A stretch of 63,620 nucleotides of DNA, counting the filler, from Reticulomyxa filosa (Eukaryota > Protista > Foraminifera), in NCBI GenBank assembly GCA_000512085.1. It is 15 parts of 15 records of this genome, joined end to end, with 100 filler letters (N's around TTAATTAATTAA, not from the genome) between each part and the next. Parts side by side here need not be neighbours in the genome. Positions count along the whole stretch, not along the records: positions 4,665 to 31,892 come from ASPP01007571.1; positions 31,993 to 34,462 come from ASPP01034769.1; positions 34,563 to 36,989 come from ASPP01002190.1; positions 37,090 to 41,049 come from ASPP01003190.1; 11 more parts are not named here. One strand, 5' to 3'. Every line of letters starts with the position of its first letter. The first letter of the stretch is position 1. This document shows, one piece after another, positions 26,030 through 38,330 of this stretch. The notes under the pieces are model-generated. The model saw nothing but the letters and a program-made list of their open reading frames with translations. It had not been told where the DNA came from and did not search any database. The position numbers and the translations under genes were made by a program.

Positions 26030-29000
26030 ATGACCTCTTCAATGGAAAAACTTGCATATAAAAAATCGACTGGGGAACGTGGACACTGGCATCGTGGCCA
26101 ACCGGTGAAAGTGTATAGTGTAGGACTAGAGCAGTGGTGCCCAGGGGAAATATTTTGTTTCAATCAAGACGAGCAAGGATTGTGTTTGGACGTGAGATAT
26201 TGGGTTGAAGATCAAATGAAAACGAAATTTCTGGACCCTAGTTCGGACCATCTCCGTCCCATACGTGGCGTTTGGAAATATATATCATGTGTTGTTGTTA
26301 TCGCTGAAACAAGCACACCATACACACACACACACAATATGTTTGAACCCAAAATAAAAAACAAAGGCACCACTTCGAAGAAAATGGACGGTCAGCTCAA
26401 AAGTAGAGTGTTGGAGTAATACACATAAGAGTTGGTTCCTGGCAGAAATAATAAACTGTTCGACGACCAGCGAAGAGGGCAAAAGAAAATGGCTCAAGTT
26501 ACAATGGCGAATGGAAAATGCAGCGGGACAGTCACAACTTATGTCGAAAGAACTAGCAAGATTTTCATTTTGGGTACGTTATCGATATCCGTCACTAGAA
26601 GATGAACTGGTTATGAATCTCTGGTTTTCAGTATATGGCTCCGTTCCTTCCGACATTTTCGCATAAGCCAATTTCACACATAGCACACAGCACACAAAAC
26701 TACTTTGATAATTGTTACTCTTTACAGCAAATATTTGTGTTTGATGTAAATGGAGTAAAAAGACATCTAAATGCACAATACAAATAAAGCCTCCAGGCAT
26801 TGTGTTTGCTGACGAAGTCAATGAACATGCAGGAGAAGATAGAGAGGGCAGTGTCAATGCGGATGCAAATGAAAATGAAGAGAGAGAAGAACACGAGCAA
26901 GTGGACGAAGATAAAGAACAAGAAATCCAAGCAAATCGAGAGAAAGATATGAATTTGTCAATGCCAACAAAGAACGAACAAAAAAATGTTGAGCACGATG
27001 ATGTTATCTCAAAGCCTCTTGCGCAAATAAATGGCAATGACAATGTTACTAACAATGGCAATGCGAATAGTAATGGCACTCCACTTCCGAATGGCAATAC
27101 GCCAAATGAACAACTTTGTACCCCTATCACTGCCACCTCTGCGGCTAATCATTTTCACAATCACAATCACCAGTCGATTTGCATTGACACGAAGTCAGAA
27201 CAATTTGATCCATTGGTTATGCAGACAACCCCACAAACCAGCCATGCTGAGTTCATCGTACCGACAGGTAACCATATGCATATATACATATATATGTATA
27301 TATTATACATATTTTTTTTTATAAAAAAAAGTCTTTGCATACCGGTACCTGCACATACGTACAAAAAAGATTGGAAAAACGAGAAATCCAAGCTATTAGA
27401 AAAGATAGCAGCGCTAGAAACGGAAATCGAAATGAAAGACCAGCAAATCCAAAACGAGGAAGAGACGAGTGAAGTGTTATTGAAGGAATTGGAATTGAAA
27501 AAACATACGATAGTGGAACTGGAACGAGAATTGTATCGATTGCGAGAGAAAATTACTTGTTTGAAAGAGCATATCAAAAAACAAAGTCAAGCGAATGGTA
27601 TTGCAGTCGCGGATGCAACAGCGACAACCGATGCAATCGATGCTGTTGCTGGTGCTAGTGCTAGTGCCGGGGCTGGGGCTGCAACTACTGCTGATGCAAA
27701 TGGCGATGCTAGACCGATCAAAGAATCGTTCACCGAAATGAGCGAAGATGATCGAAAGTCTTCTCATTCTTCTCTAATTAAAAATAATAAAGTAGCTCAC
27801 AAATATGAGGTCTGCCAATCCAAGTCGAACATGCAGTGCTGTATGCATGTTCGATAGACCATACGTTTTGTTGACTTTTGTGTTTGTGACAATGCTTTGA
27901 TTCAACAGATTGTCCAACAAAGCAACAAAATGCTACGCGAAGAAAATAAAACATTGAAAGAAAAATTAAAAGAAACTGAGACATCATTGAAACTTAAAAC
28001 TCGTTAAGCAAAGCAAATTCATTTGCTATTTTTTGTTTGATATTTGAAATAAGACGTTTGCTGTGTTTGTGTTGTCAGTGGAACAAATCAATGATTTGAC
28101 GACTGTGTCTGGTGACAAGAATGCGCTGGTGAATGGACTGCAATCCAGTCGTAGCGATCCCAACGCAGGAATGACGCAAAGCAACAATAGCACAACGGCG
28201 ATGACCACGGACCCATTGACCGGGAATGCGTCTGGGAACATGAAAAGACGTCGTACGATGACATGATGTCGGTGTGGCAACTGAAGCAGCGCAAGTTGTA
28301 TCAACAAATTGAACAGCTATCCAAAGAGCTGGAATCAGTGCAAAACCAAAAGTTGGCCCTCAGTTTATCCACTCAAAAATTTCGCCAGGAATATATTACA
28401 CAACAAGAGTTTAATAAAGCCATGGTCGATTATATCAAACGAGCACTTATCAATTCCCAATTGTTGCAAGACACCATACTCAGTATTCGTCAAAAATGCG
28501 TCGATCCAAATGTCTCTGTTAAAAACGCTGATTTGTTGAAGCAATTACTTAAATTGGAAGTAGAGGTTTTGGCTTTGAAAAACAATCTGGACGATGCCAT
28601 TGTCGAAAAAAACAAAGGAAAAGGTGGCACAAGACGTTAAGTATCAAACACTTTTTTAAATGCACAAATAACACAAATATACAAATGCACAATAATTAAA
28701 AGCGCAAGACCGTAATCAATTAAAATCTGCTACTTCGGAAAGAGCCTTGGACAACGACAGTTGATATGTTTTTTTTATGTTGTTTTTGGAAGAGGGAATT
28801 CATAATTGGGTTTTTGCTTGTTGGAGAGACACTCCATTAAAATTGGAGGAATGATTTTGAGTTAATCTCTCCTAATTCTTGCATACACGCACGCACAAAA
28901 GGAAGAGCGCTTGTTCAAGGCCATCGACATTTGGGATCGGCGCGTATGCCTGATCGCCTTGACTCGTCACGAAACGGCGTGATAAAAAAGTCCAAACGAA

Positions 29001-30280
29001 CCAAGCACGATAGCGACGAAAGTGACAACGATAGCAAAGGGAGTGACAGTAGCAATGACAATGACAGTGACAGTAACAGTGACAGTGATAGTGATAGCGA
29101 CAGTGACGGTCGAAACAAAAGCAAAAACTTGATTGAATACAGATACTTTGCATCAAATAACAAATCGCAAATCCAAATTCAAAAGCCCGTTTTGTCCAAG
29201 TCTTCGCCCACACACAAAGGCCTGGCGATGGCGGAACACCAAGGTAGGGCTGACGTTCCTCCGATCAATGAGATTCATTCTGCGTTGATGAATGACAGAT
29301 CAAGGACGAGGAAACACGCAGCATCTCGATCAAAACAAGTTTGACAGTCTTGTATTGTATACACATATGTTAAACATGTGCACTGTGTGACAAATTTGAC
29401 ACGATGTAAAATACAAATAAAACAAAGGCAAAACAACATGTGCTAGAAAGAAAGAGAAGGAGCATACCAGGGACCGAAACATCACCAAATTCCGTCTTCT
29501 CTCCGGCGTCAGCCACGTCAAGTGGATCCAATATCTCCATAACTAATTACTCTTCTGGCAACAATCGCAAAGCAAATTCGAGGAAGATCATACGGAATGA
29601 GAGTGTCACATATCAAACCCCTTCCAGTAAACGATCACAAAAAGACGTAAATATAGTTGTTTCTGCTACTACTACGCCGATACAGGCCTTTGAACACGAT
29701 CAACTTACAAATGCTGGCTCAAAACATACGTCAAATAATGATAACACAAACCACGATTCTGCGTTATGGACCATATATGTGAAATGGCCCAAATCCTTCA
29801 AGTTTAAACAGAGGACAAAACAAACCAACGTATTATTGAGCACAAACAAAATTCTATTTATTGATCCTAAGGACTCAACACAACGTATGTATTTTGCTCA
29901 CTTGCTCATTTGGCTTTTTCTTTTGTTCGGCCTCGGAACGTAAAACTACACGTACTTTGGTTTGTTTTTGCTTACTCTCTACGTGTCTTGCTACTTCACA
30001 TAGAACAAATGTATTCATGTTCTGATTTGGATAAATATAAATTCGACTCCAATGCAAATTCCCTCTTCGTTGTTTTTAAAGATGGATGCAAATTCGAGTT
30101 GTATTTACAGTCAAAGTTGAGTCTTGCTTTAGGAGAGGAAAAATCATCAACGAGGACAAAACACATGAAATATTTTTTACCTGTGTACTGAAACTCAATA
30201 CAAAAAGGGAACAAGTCAACGGGTTAATTCGCAAAGTTGAACAGTTTGGACGAAGTCTTATGGAAGCAAGCTCCAAATAG
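26030..30280 (+). CDS. Multi-exon protein: two Tudor/Agenet-like repeats, coiled coils, SD-rich linker, C-terminal PH-like region
   Basis: WHRGQPVKVYSVGLEQWCPGEI...VRYW and SKVECWSNTHKSWFLAEII...LQW repeats; heptad exons 27360-27590 and 28263-28620; beta-rich terminal exons 29760-30280. Confidence 0.6.
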
Positions 30281-31549
30281 TCTTTAACTAAATGCTATTC
30301 GACACGTCTTGTTTAGTTTACTTTATAACCAATTACTTATTGTTGCTGTACCTGGCTGTTTTTGTTTGTAATTTTTTTATCTTATTTTATTGGGCCACAT
30401 GCTTACAGCCAAGCTCGCAAACATTGTTCTTTATCCTTCAAATTAATGCTCGACAAAAATTATTTTTTAAAACATTTCTACTGTCCAGTTTAAAGAAATG
30501 TCTTGCCTTGTTCATCTGCAAGCTGGACTTTCATTTTTTTATCCTTCTCAAGTACTTACGTCTAGAAAGCGGTATTGCTACTTTTCAACGACAACTCTTT
30601 TGAGTATCTTTTTTCTAAGTCAATTCTTAAGATATAAAATGAAAAATAATGCACAAAATAATTTTTGTTGTTATTTATGGAAAAGAGAATGCGTGATGTT
30701 AAAACATATTACAAGTTATTTTTGTTAACGTAACCTAATGAATCGAGGAAGGTAAATACGTTTACAAAATGCTTCCGAGTTACAAAAAAGATTTTAATTT
30801 TTTTTTGATTACATGCGGTGTCAAGTGCGTTGGACTAATAACTGGTTTAACTTGTACTGATTTTTGCACTTCATACATAAGATCAGTTCTTTCAAGTTAA
30901 AAGAGCAAACCGTTGCAAGAAATAGAACACGATAATCAAAAAAGAAAAAAATATAAAGTACACACTAACATAATCGTAATAAAATATATTAATGAAACTA
31001 CAAGATATTGATGATCGTGGAAAATTTTAAAACTTTCAATTTTGACCTTTTAAAAGTGAAGTAAGCACTAAAGAATTTTCTAACTACACTAATTTTTTCA
31101 AAAAAGTTATGTGTTAAATGAGATTAAAGGCTACGATAATAACATCTAGCAGTGTATGAAAGAATTTGAAGAGTGTGAGTTCTTCCATTTTATTGCTGTT
31201 TCTGGCAACATCGTCTGAATAAATTTCAACAAAAAATGTAGTCTGTTCGGCAACTACGTTGCGTGACTGTGATAGTTGGAAGTACTTGTTGAACTTCGCT
31301 AGTATTTTGTATTCAGTTGCGTTAAGAGTACCGATGTGCAGGTTACTGGTAATTGAAATAGTAACTCTTTTACTAGAAACGGAGACTTATTGGAAAATGT
31401 CGAATTTCGATTAGAACAAAGAGTGTAAGACGTCTTTGAGAAATTGGCAATCTCCAGGCAAATACATGGTCTTGTGTAGTAGAACTCCGAGTGTTGGGTA
31501 ATCAATACTGAAGTGAATAGATGTTCTGCTTCGAAAAGTATAAACTCGC

Positions 31550-31892
31550 GAAAGCTAATGTGAAGTCAAGGACATTGGAATCAAATACAAGAAGTAAAGC
31601 GAGTCCATAAGATATCAATTATTAAAGTGATGTTATTCAAGACTGAAGATGTTGTTAAGATATTATAAGACAATGATATTCAGATTGGATATTCAATGGT
31701 GAAAGTGGAACCATTTGACAAAGGCAAATCAAGACCAAAAGTGCATTTCAAGCAATGCAGGAAATGCCACAGATTGAACTATATTACTCGTGAATGTAAT
31801 TTCAAAATATGTAAGTATTGTGGGTTCATTGCGATGTGATATGATTCGCAAAGCAAGAGAAAAGCTTGGTATCAAATTGACAAAGGAGATGT
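31550..31892 (+). mobile_element. Decayed non-LTR retrotransposon ORF1 (gag-like zinc knuckles)
   Basis: ...IQIGYSMVKVEPFDKGKSRPKVHFKQCRKCHRLNYITRECNFKICKYCG: a CX2CX4(H>Y)X4C knuckle followed by a second CX2C; stops and frameshifts upstream. Confidence 0.7.
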
Positions 31893-31999
31893 NNNNNNNN
31901 NNNNNNNNNNNNNNNNNNNNNNNNNNNNNNNNNNNNTTAATTAATTAANNNNNNNNNNNNNNNNNNNNNNNNNNNNNNNNNNNNNNNNNNNNATGTACT

Positions 32000-33930
32000 T
32001 TGCCACTCCTGCTTTTCCTCGTCACGTAGTCTTCACACTTGAATTGGATTTTGTTTTGATAGCGCATGACACATGTTTTGTTTCTCAATATTCGAACTCA
32101 ATCGCTGATAGCCATATCACCAAATTCACCGTCCTTTTTGCGGGTCCATGTCCAGCTTTGTTGTCTTCGTCTTCATTTTCATCCTAATCTTCATTCGCTC
32201 GCTTCTTCCGCTTTCTCACTATCGCTTTTTTGATTCATCCAAAGACATTTCGTTTATCTCTTCAGTTCACTGACTGATTATCTTCTTGTATTGTTTTTCA
32301 CGATTTGGAGGAGGTACTGTTCCCAAATGGACATGCAACATAAAGTATTGGTTTGTACGCGCCATCGTGCTTGTTTCATCCATCGTGCCACCCCACACAT
32401 ATCTGCTCGTTTGTTGCGAGGTAACGAGGTTCCAATGAAACGGATCGTGTCCACGTTCTCACCCAATTCAAAGGGCTAATCGTCGCTTTCTTCGATCCAT
32501 TTTGATGCCTGTTTGAGTTGTGTTGTTGTCTTGGCCGAGACGTGGGCAGCAAATTGTCAGTAATGTTGAAACTTGAGCGAGTTGTGATTTGTTAATATTT
32601 CATACTGAAGCACCTTGTTCATCCCACCTCGGCGTTTTTTTGGCTCCCCGATCCATATGTCGAACTCGATGCCAGAGATTTCTTCTTCTTCCATTTCCTC
32701 AATTTATGTTATGTGTCCATGACATCCATTGCGCAATTTCGCTCGCTCTCCATCTTGATTACGTTATTCCTCACAAATATATCGCTTTCCAGGTCTTTTA
32801 AAAAAAAAAAAAAATATCATAATTATTGAATTTTGTTCATTTGCCCGCCTCTATCTTCTATATAAATGGCAATTGACAAATAATGACAAACCTGCAGGTA
32901 AAGTATCTCATTTGCCCACCGTTATCTTCAGTTATTCTTTTCTAACTCCAACGCCGTATACGTCATCTACTTTCGCATCTTTTCCAATGCATGATATTGT
33001 CTATTTTTCCAAATTTCAAAGTTCAACATTGTACGTCGTTTAAAAAAAAAAAAATAGTCAGATTAACTTTTTCTTTTTTTTCCTGCGATCTGTATTTTTT
33101 TTTCTTCCATTTTGTCGTCGCCATCGTCCATCGTCTGTTGCTGTCATTTCCGGAACATATTGTTGATCTTCGTTTGACGAATATCGATATTCTTTTTGGG
33201 CACTACATTTTACATTCGAAACAAGTCATTCTCAATTGGTATATGCGTCGACAAGTGAGGTGGTTCGAACAAATAGATTTGACCATTCTGGAACGATTTT
33301 TCGCTAAATTGACATTTTCTCCAATTTTCAATTTCATTCTTGCCTTTCCAGTTTCTTTTTCTCTAGTTATTTTCCTTTTGCCGAGAACGAAGTTGTTGTG
33401 ACGATGATCTTTGCAAGTCAAGACGAAGGCGAACAGTTTGACCAAATGCATTTAATTCAATCTGTCGCCCCTCCATTGACAAAAGTTATACTGTTGTTGG
33501 GCTTGAATTGTTTCCATTTGAAGTCACATTGAAGGCTTTCGGGTCCACTGCTTGAGAAATGAAGCATTTTTGCTTGAAGTGACCACGACATGCGTTGTCT
33601 TCAAAATACTCTTTCATCGCAATTTGAAATTGTGCCACAAGAGTTCCATTTGTCCAAATCCAAACTAACGATCTATCCTTCACGTCTTTCTCTGTTGTGC
33701 TTGCCATGGAACGTCGACGATCGCAAACTATATTAAAACACACACAAGTATGGTAATATAAAATAAAAAAAGCATTTTTTTGGTAATGAACTGAACTATT
33801 TCTCCATCATCCACTCATCGTCGTCGTACTCCGACGATATCACCTTTCGTCATGAGCCCATTGGGCCAACTATTCTTTGAATACGCAAATGCGCGTATCT
33901 CAATGTTTTTGGGATAATCTCCCTTTTTTT
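32000..33930 (-). pseudogene. Degenerate multi-CAP-Gly-like gene
   Basis: Fragments LKIGENVNLAKNRSRMVKSI, FELGENVDTIRFIG, VSLDLDKWNS...RGHF and MRYFTC|.PGK, broken by many stops and frameshifts. Confidence 0.55.
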
Positions 33931-34235
33931 TCTTTCTTTTTTTCATCTTTTTCATCTTTTTTTTTTTTTTCTTTTTTTCAATGATATTTTTTTTTTTTCT
34001 TTTTTCCAATGACATTTTTTTTTTTTTTCATTTACAACATTTCTTTTTTCTTCTTTTCTCATTTTTCTTTTTTTTAATTTTTTTCTTTTTTCTTAAATAA
34101 AATTTTTCACCTTTTTCCTCTACTTTTTTTTCCTTCTTTTTTTTTCTTCTTTTTTCCCCTCCATTTTCTTTTCCATCATTTTTTCCCCATTTTTTCCCCT
34201 CCATTTTCTTTTCCCCCAATTTTCCCTCCTCTCTA
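33920..34235. repeat. T/C low-complexity tract
   Basis: Nearly pure pyrimidine runs near a contig end. Confidence 0.85.
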
Positions 34236-35167
34236 TCAAACAAAAAATAAAAACAAATAAAAACTTTCCAATAATGTCTTTTGCAACCTATCACACAGCC
34301 ATAAATTAAATATTTTTTTCATTTTTTCAAAAAAAAAAAAAACATACTTTGCCTCGGAGCTGAAAGCTCCAATTCTAACAATCTATATTTTTTTTTTGTC
34401 ATGGGAAAGGGGGAACAGAAATTTATTTTGATATGGACATGCCTATTGACAAACAAACAACCNNNNNNNNNNNNNNNNNNNNNNNNNNNNNNNNNNNNNN
34501 NNNNNNTTAATTAATTAANNNNNNNNNNNNNNNNNNNNNNNNNNNNNNNNNNNNNNNNNNNNTTATAAATAATATTGGTAAAGTTTACTACTGTTCAAAT
34601 TGCAAATGAGTTGATGATGAGTATGAGGTAATTCGAGCAAGAGTATATGAAAATATAGATACACTATTTTTTGTTTGCCCACAATCTGGGGTATTCTTCT
34701 TGAACAATCAGAATAAGTTAGGTTTAATTATTTTGAACAATTGTTGCTATGATAGGCAAAGGGTATCGAGACAAGTGGTCATTCGATGAAATCATTTGCT
34801 GAAAACTAAAAAAAACAAAAATATTTGTAATTATCACTCTATCTTTTTAAGTTTACTGTCTTGTGACCAGGAACCAATATATTTTTCAGTTTAATAAAAA
34901 ATAATATTTTATTCATTTTTCAATAGAAACAAAAGTAATATTTCACTATTGGCAGCACCGGAAAAACGGTTGATGGTGTTTTCATAGATTTCTTTTCCAA
35001 GGTAAAAGATTTTCAGGTTGCAAAAAAAAAAGAATTTATGTAATATCACAAATTCTGGTGCATATGTTAAATAAAGTGAACAAAAAATTTTGAGCATCAC
35101 TATGGATACGTTAAAATATAAAAACAACGAAATTGGGCACATTTGTTTTGTTTTTTATCTTCGCTCC

Positions 35168-36895
35168 TTATATACACAACTTCTTCCACCTCTCGGCCAG
35201 GAGAGTACAATACTGCGTATCAACCCATCCATCCAAACGATGATCAAATATACTTAGCCTGCGCGATTTTCGCAAGAAGCGACCTGTTTGAGTGTTGCTG
35301 TTATTGTTTTCTCCAGTATTTTTTTCACGAACATCTTCCAGTAAACAAATGAGTGATAACGATCCCCATACATCCAACCAATAGCTCTGTATATTCCAAC
35401 AACAGTAAATTGACACAAGAGAACAGAAATATAAACAAAAGCAGTCAACTGATGCGCTGTATGTTTGATAAAACAAATTATTAGTGGAACATTTTTGCAT
35501 CCATGAAAAACAAATGTCTTGAAAAAGTGGATCATCTTGTAAGCAAAGAGAATGCTGCGTTTTTTCAAGAACGCATTGGATATTACGATTATGTTGAGAA
35601 TGCAACCTTGCAATACGCAAGGACAAAGTAATCAAATAGGGAGAAATGTAATGCTTGAGGTAATAGTCACTAGAAAAATCAAAGCCAATTTCGCACCCAT
35701 TTTTGTGCGACATTTCACTCACTAGTTTTTGAAATGACTCCATTTTAAGGTCACTGCAGCTACCCTTCTCCTCATTTACAATTTGCGGTGACAGCAAAGA
35801 TTTGGAGGCCGTAAAATTGCTTTGAAAACAATCATCGGTCAGATCTTTTAAGAATTCTTTCGGTTCGTTCACTGGACTGGGGTCATCAAAATGCCAGCGA
35901 TTGCCAATCAAATGATCCGCAATATCCCATTCATCCCAACTGCAATAGATGCTTTCTTTGACAAAGGATGACACACGCGATTGCATTTTACTGAAATACG
36001 AGCCCTACATGAAACAAAAAAATTAGAGTTTCATTTATACGTATGTACATATATATGTATATGTGTGTATATAATATAAAGGATACACAAACACAGAACA
36101 GTAATAGTGTAGCCATGAGGTTGAGATAAAATATCCTGACAGCAATGACTGTCGACAACAGTTTGCCAATCATCTAACCATTGCATGTTTCTGTTATTGT
36201 TATTGCCATTGTTGACATCATCTGTTATGTCGTCGTTAAAATCGAAGGAATTAGCGAAAGGAAGAAGAGGGGAAGTGATTGAAAGTGGAGTCTTCTCCTT
36301 CTTATCCTTTGCATTGTGGACGATATTTTGGAGTATTTGATGTATAATGTCCAATGCAATTTCGCGAGAGACGTCATGAATCCATTGTACGAACAAAGGG
36401 TTGGGTAGGTCTTTGTGTGCCATAAACATGGGTGTATACATTGCCGTACGTGTCCATGACGAAACGTCCTGATGATCTTCATCGTTGGCTTGAATACACG
36501 TTGGAATCGTAGCTCCGCCAAAAGGTTGGAATTGTGTGCCTGTCTTCAAATCAAATAAAGTTGGGAACGAGTTCCAGGTTATACTTTCGACCCATGGACT
36601 GTCTTCCATGGTGCACACATAAGAGTGATACATCGACTCTATGTTTTCACACTCCATTTCGATTTCATTTCGGCACCAATGCATTTGAGTGCTGTCCACG
36701 CTCGAAAATACAATCTTATCCCAAAATGACGACGAGTGGCATGCCCCATTGTTCATATTCAGCATTCGCTCGAAAATACTCTTCCTTACCTTGTCACAGG
36801 CCGTGGCTGTCGCAATGCAATTGTTTGTCGTTGGGTTTGCACTACAAGCATTTTCGCAGGCTTTTCCATTTGGAAAGAGATATGGAGTCACATCT
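35168..36895 (-). CDS. Hypothetical multi-exon protein (5' truncated)
   Basis: Long ORFs 36031-36942 and 35168-35986 separated by an AT-rich intron; no recognised domain. Confidence 0.6.
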
Positions 36896-37089
36896 TTTTT
36901 TTTTTTAATGGTATATCTGTGTACATATATATATATATACATACATATACATATATATGTATATATATTATTTTTTTTTTTTTTTTTTTNNNNNNNNNNN
37001 NNNNNNNNNNNNNNNNNNNNNNNNNNNNNNNNNTTAATTAATTAANNNNNNNNNNNNNNNNNNNNNNNNNNNNNNNNNNNNNNNNNNNN

Positions 37090-37694
37090 AAAAAAATGCG
37101 TCATGCTCAGAAGAACAACCGAGCATAGCGTCGAGACATAGCAATGCGAGTGTAGATGGAAACGCTTCGAACCCGCCCGTCACTGAAAATCAACCAAAGA
37201 CATTAAATATGAACAACAATAATATGCTTGGGAAATTGACAGAGGAACAACGAGACAAAATGCAAGAGCTAATTAGCTATGCATTGATCGATCGCGAACA
37301 AATGAAAGTGGCTCAATTATGCAATGCCAATGTGGACGACAATTTTTTGAAAAAAATTTGTGATACCATTTTATCTGAAAAAGGGCAAAGTCCGGATTGT
37401 CATTTGGAAGAACTTTGGCTGGAAAGCAATCCCATTTCCAGTGATGGAATCTCGTATCTTGCTAATTTTATCAGAAAAGATAAAAAAATTCGAGTTTTGA
37501 AACTGTTTGGCAATAAAAAGGATATTAGCACCAACGCCTGCAACGAATTGTGCACTGCATTAGAAGAAAATACTACTTTAACCAAACTTGTCTTTGAATT
37601 CCGCCTGCAGCAACATCGAGACAAGTGTGAAAAACTTTTGCGAAGAAATCAAAACATTTGGAGAGAAGCACAAAAAGCAAAAGCAAACAAATAA
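37090..37694 (+). CDS. Ribonuclease-inhibitor/tropomodulin-like LRR protein (C-terminal part)
   Basis: LEELWLESNPISSDGISYLANFIRKDKKIRVLKLFGN...LCTALEENTTLTKLVFEFR...LLRRNQ resembles the tropomodulin LRR cap. Confidence 0.75.
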
Positions 37695-38330
37695 ATAATC
37701 ATTGTATATTAGGTTTAAAAGAGAAGCGAGCATACACTACGTGGAGGCATTTCCATCTACTATCCGTGTGAATTAAGTATATTGGTTTTCATACACTCAC
37801 TTGTACATAGTGATGTTTGATGGTCTTTCTTTCTATTTGACTTTTTTAATGACTTTTAGATATTTTCTTTATTTTTGGTATCTATGCTTTGTAATTTGTT
37901 ATTGCATGAATGTCACTACTGTTCAGGTGACAAACTGCAAAACCCCAATTCATTTTTGCTACTGCAAGTTGATGTGCTTTCTTCTTGTTTCGTGGTCTTC
38001 AATGTATCAATCAATGAGGTAACTAAAATTAAATAGATCAAAGTATATCTCTTTCACAATTAAAAATGCTTACCAGGATAATTTAGTAGTTATATTCTGG
38101 CACTGTTTGTACTTGAAGTTTATTTACTATACAAAAGTTGAAGAATTTATGACAGGTAATGACAATTTAATGTCATTCAAATATAAAGATTATTTTGTCA
38201 CAAAAAAAGAAAAATCAATTTTTTTAATTAAATTTCTGTTGGGAATCATTCACAATGTTGTTAGTTATAAAAACTTATTTAAAACCAAAAAACTCTGTGC
38301 ATACTTAATATATTAACATATATAACAGCC

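Noticed and set aside
33815-34294. Lysine-rich ORFs
   Set aside because: Translations of a low-complexity T/C tract, probably poor-quality sequence.
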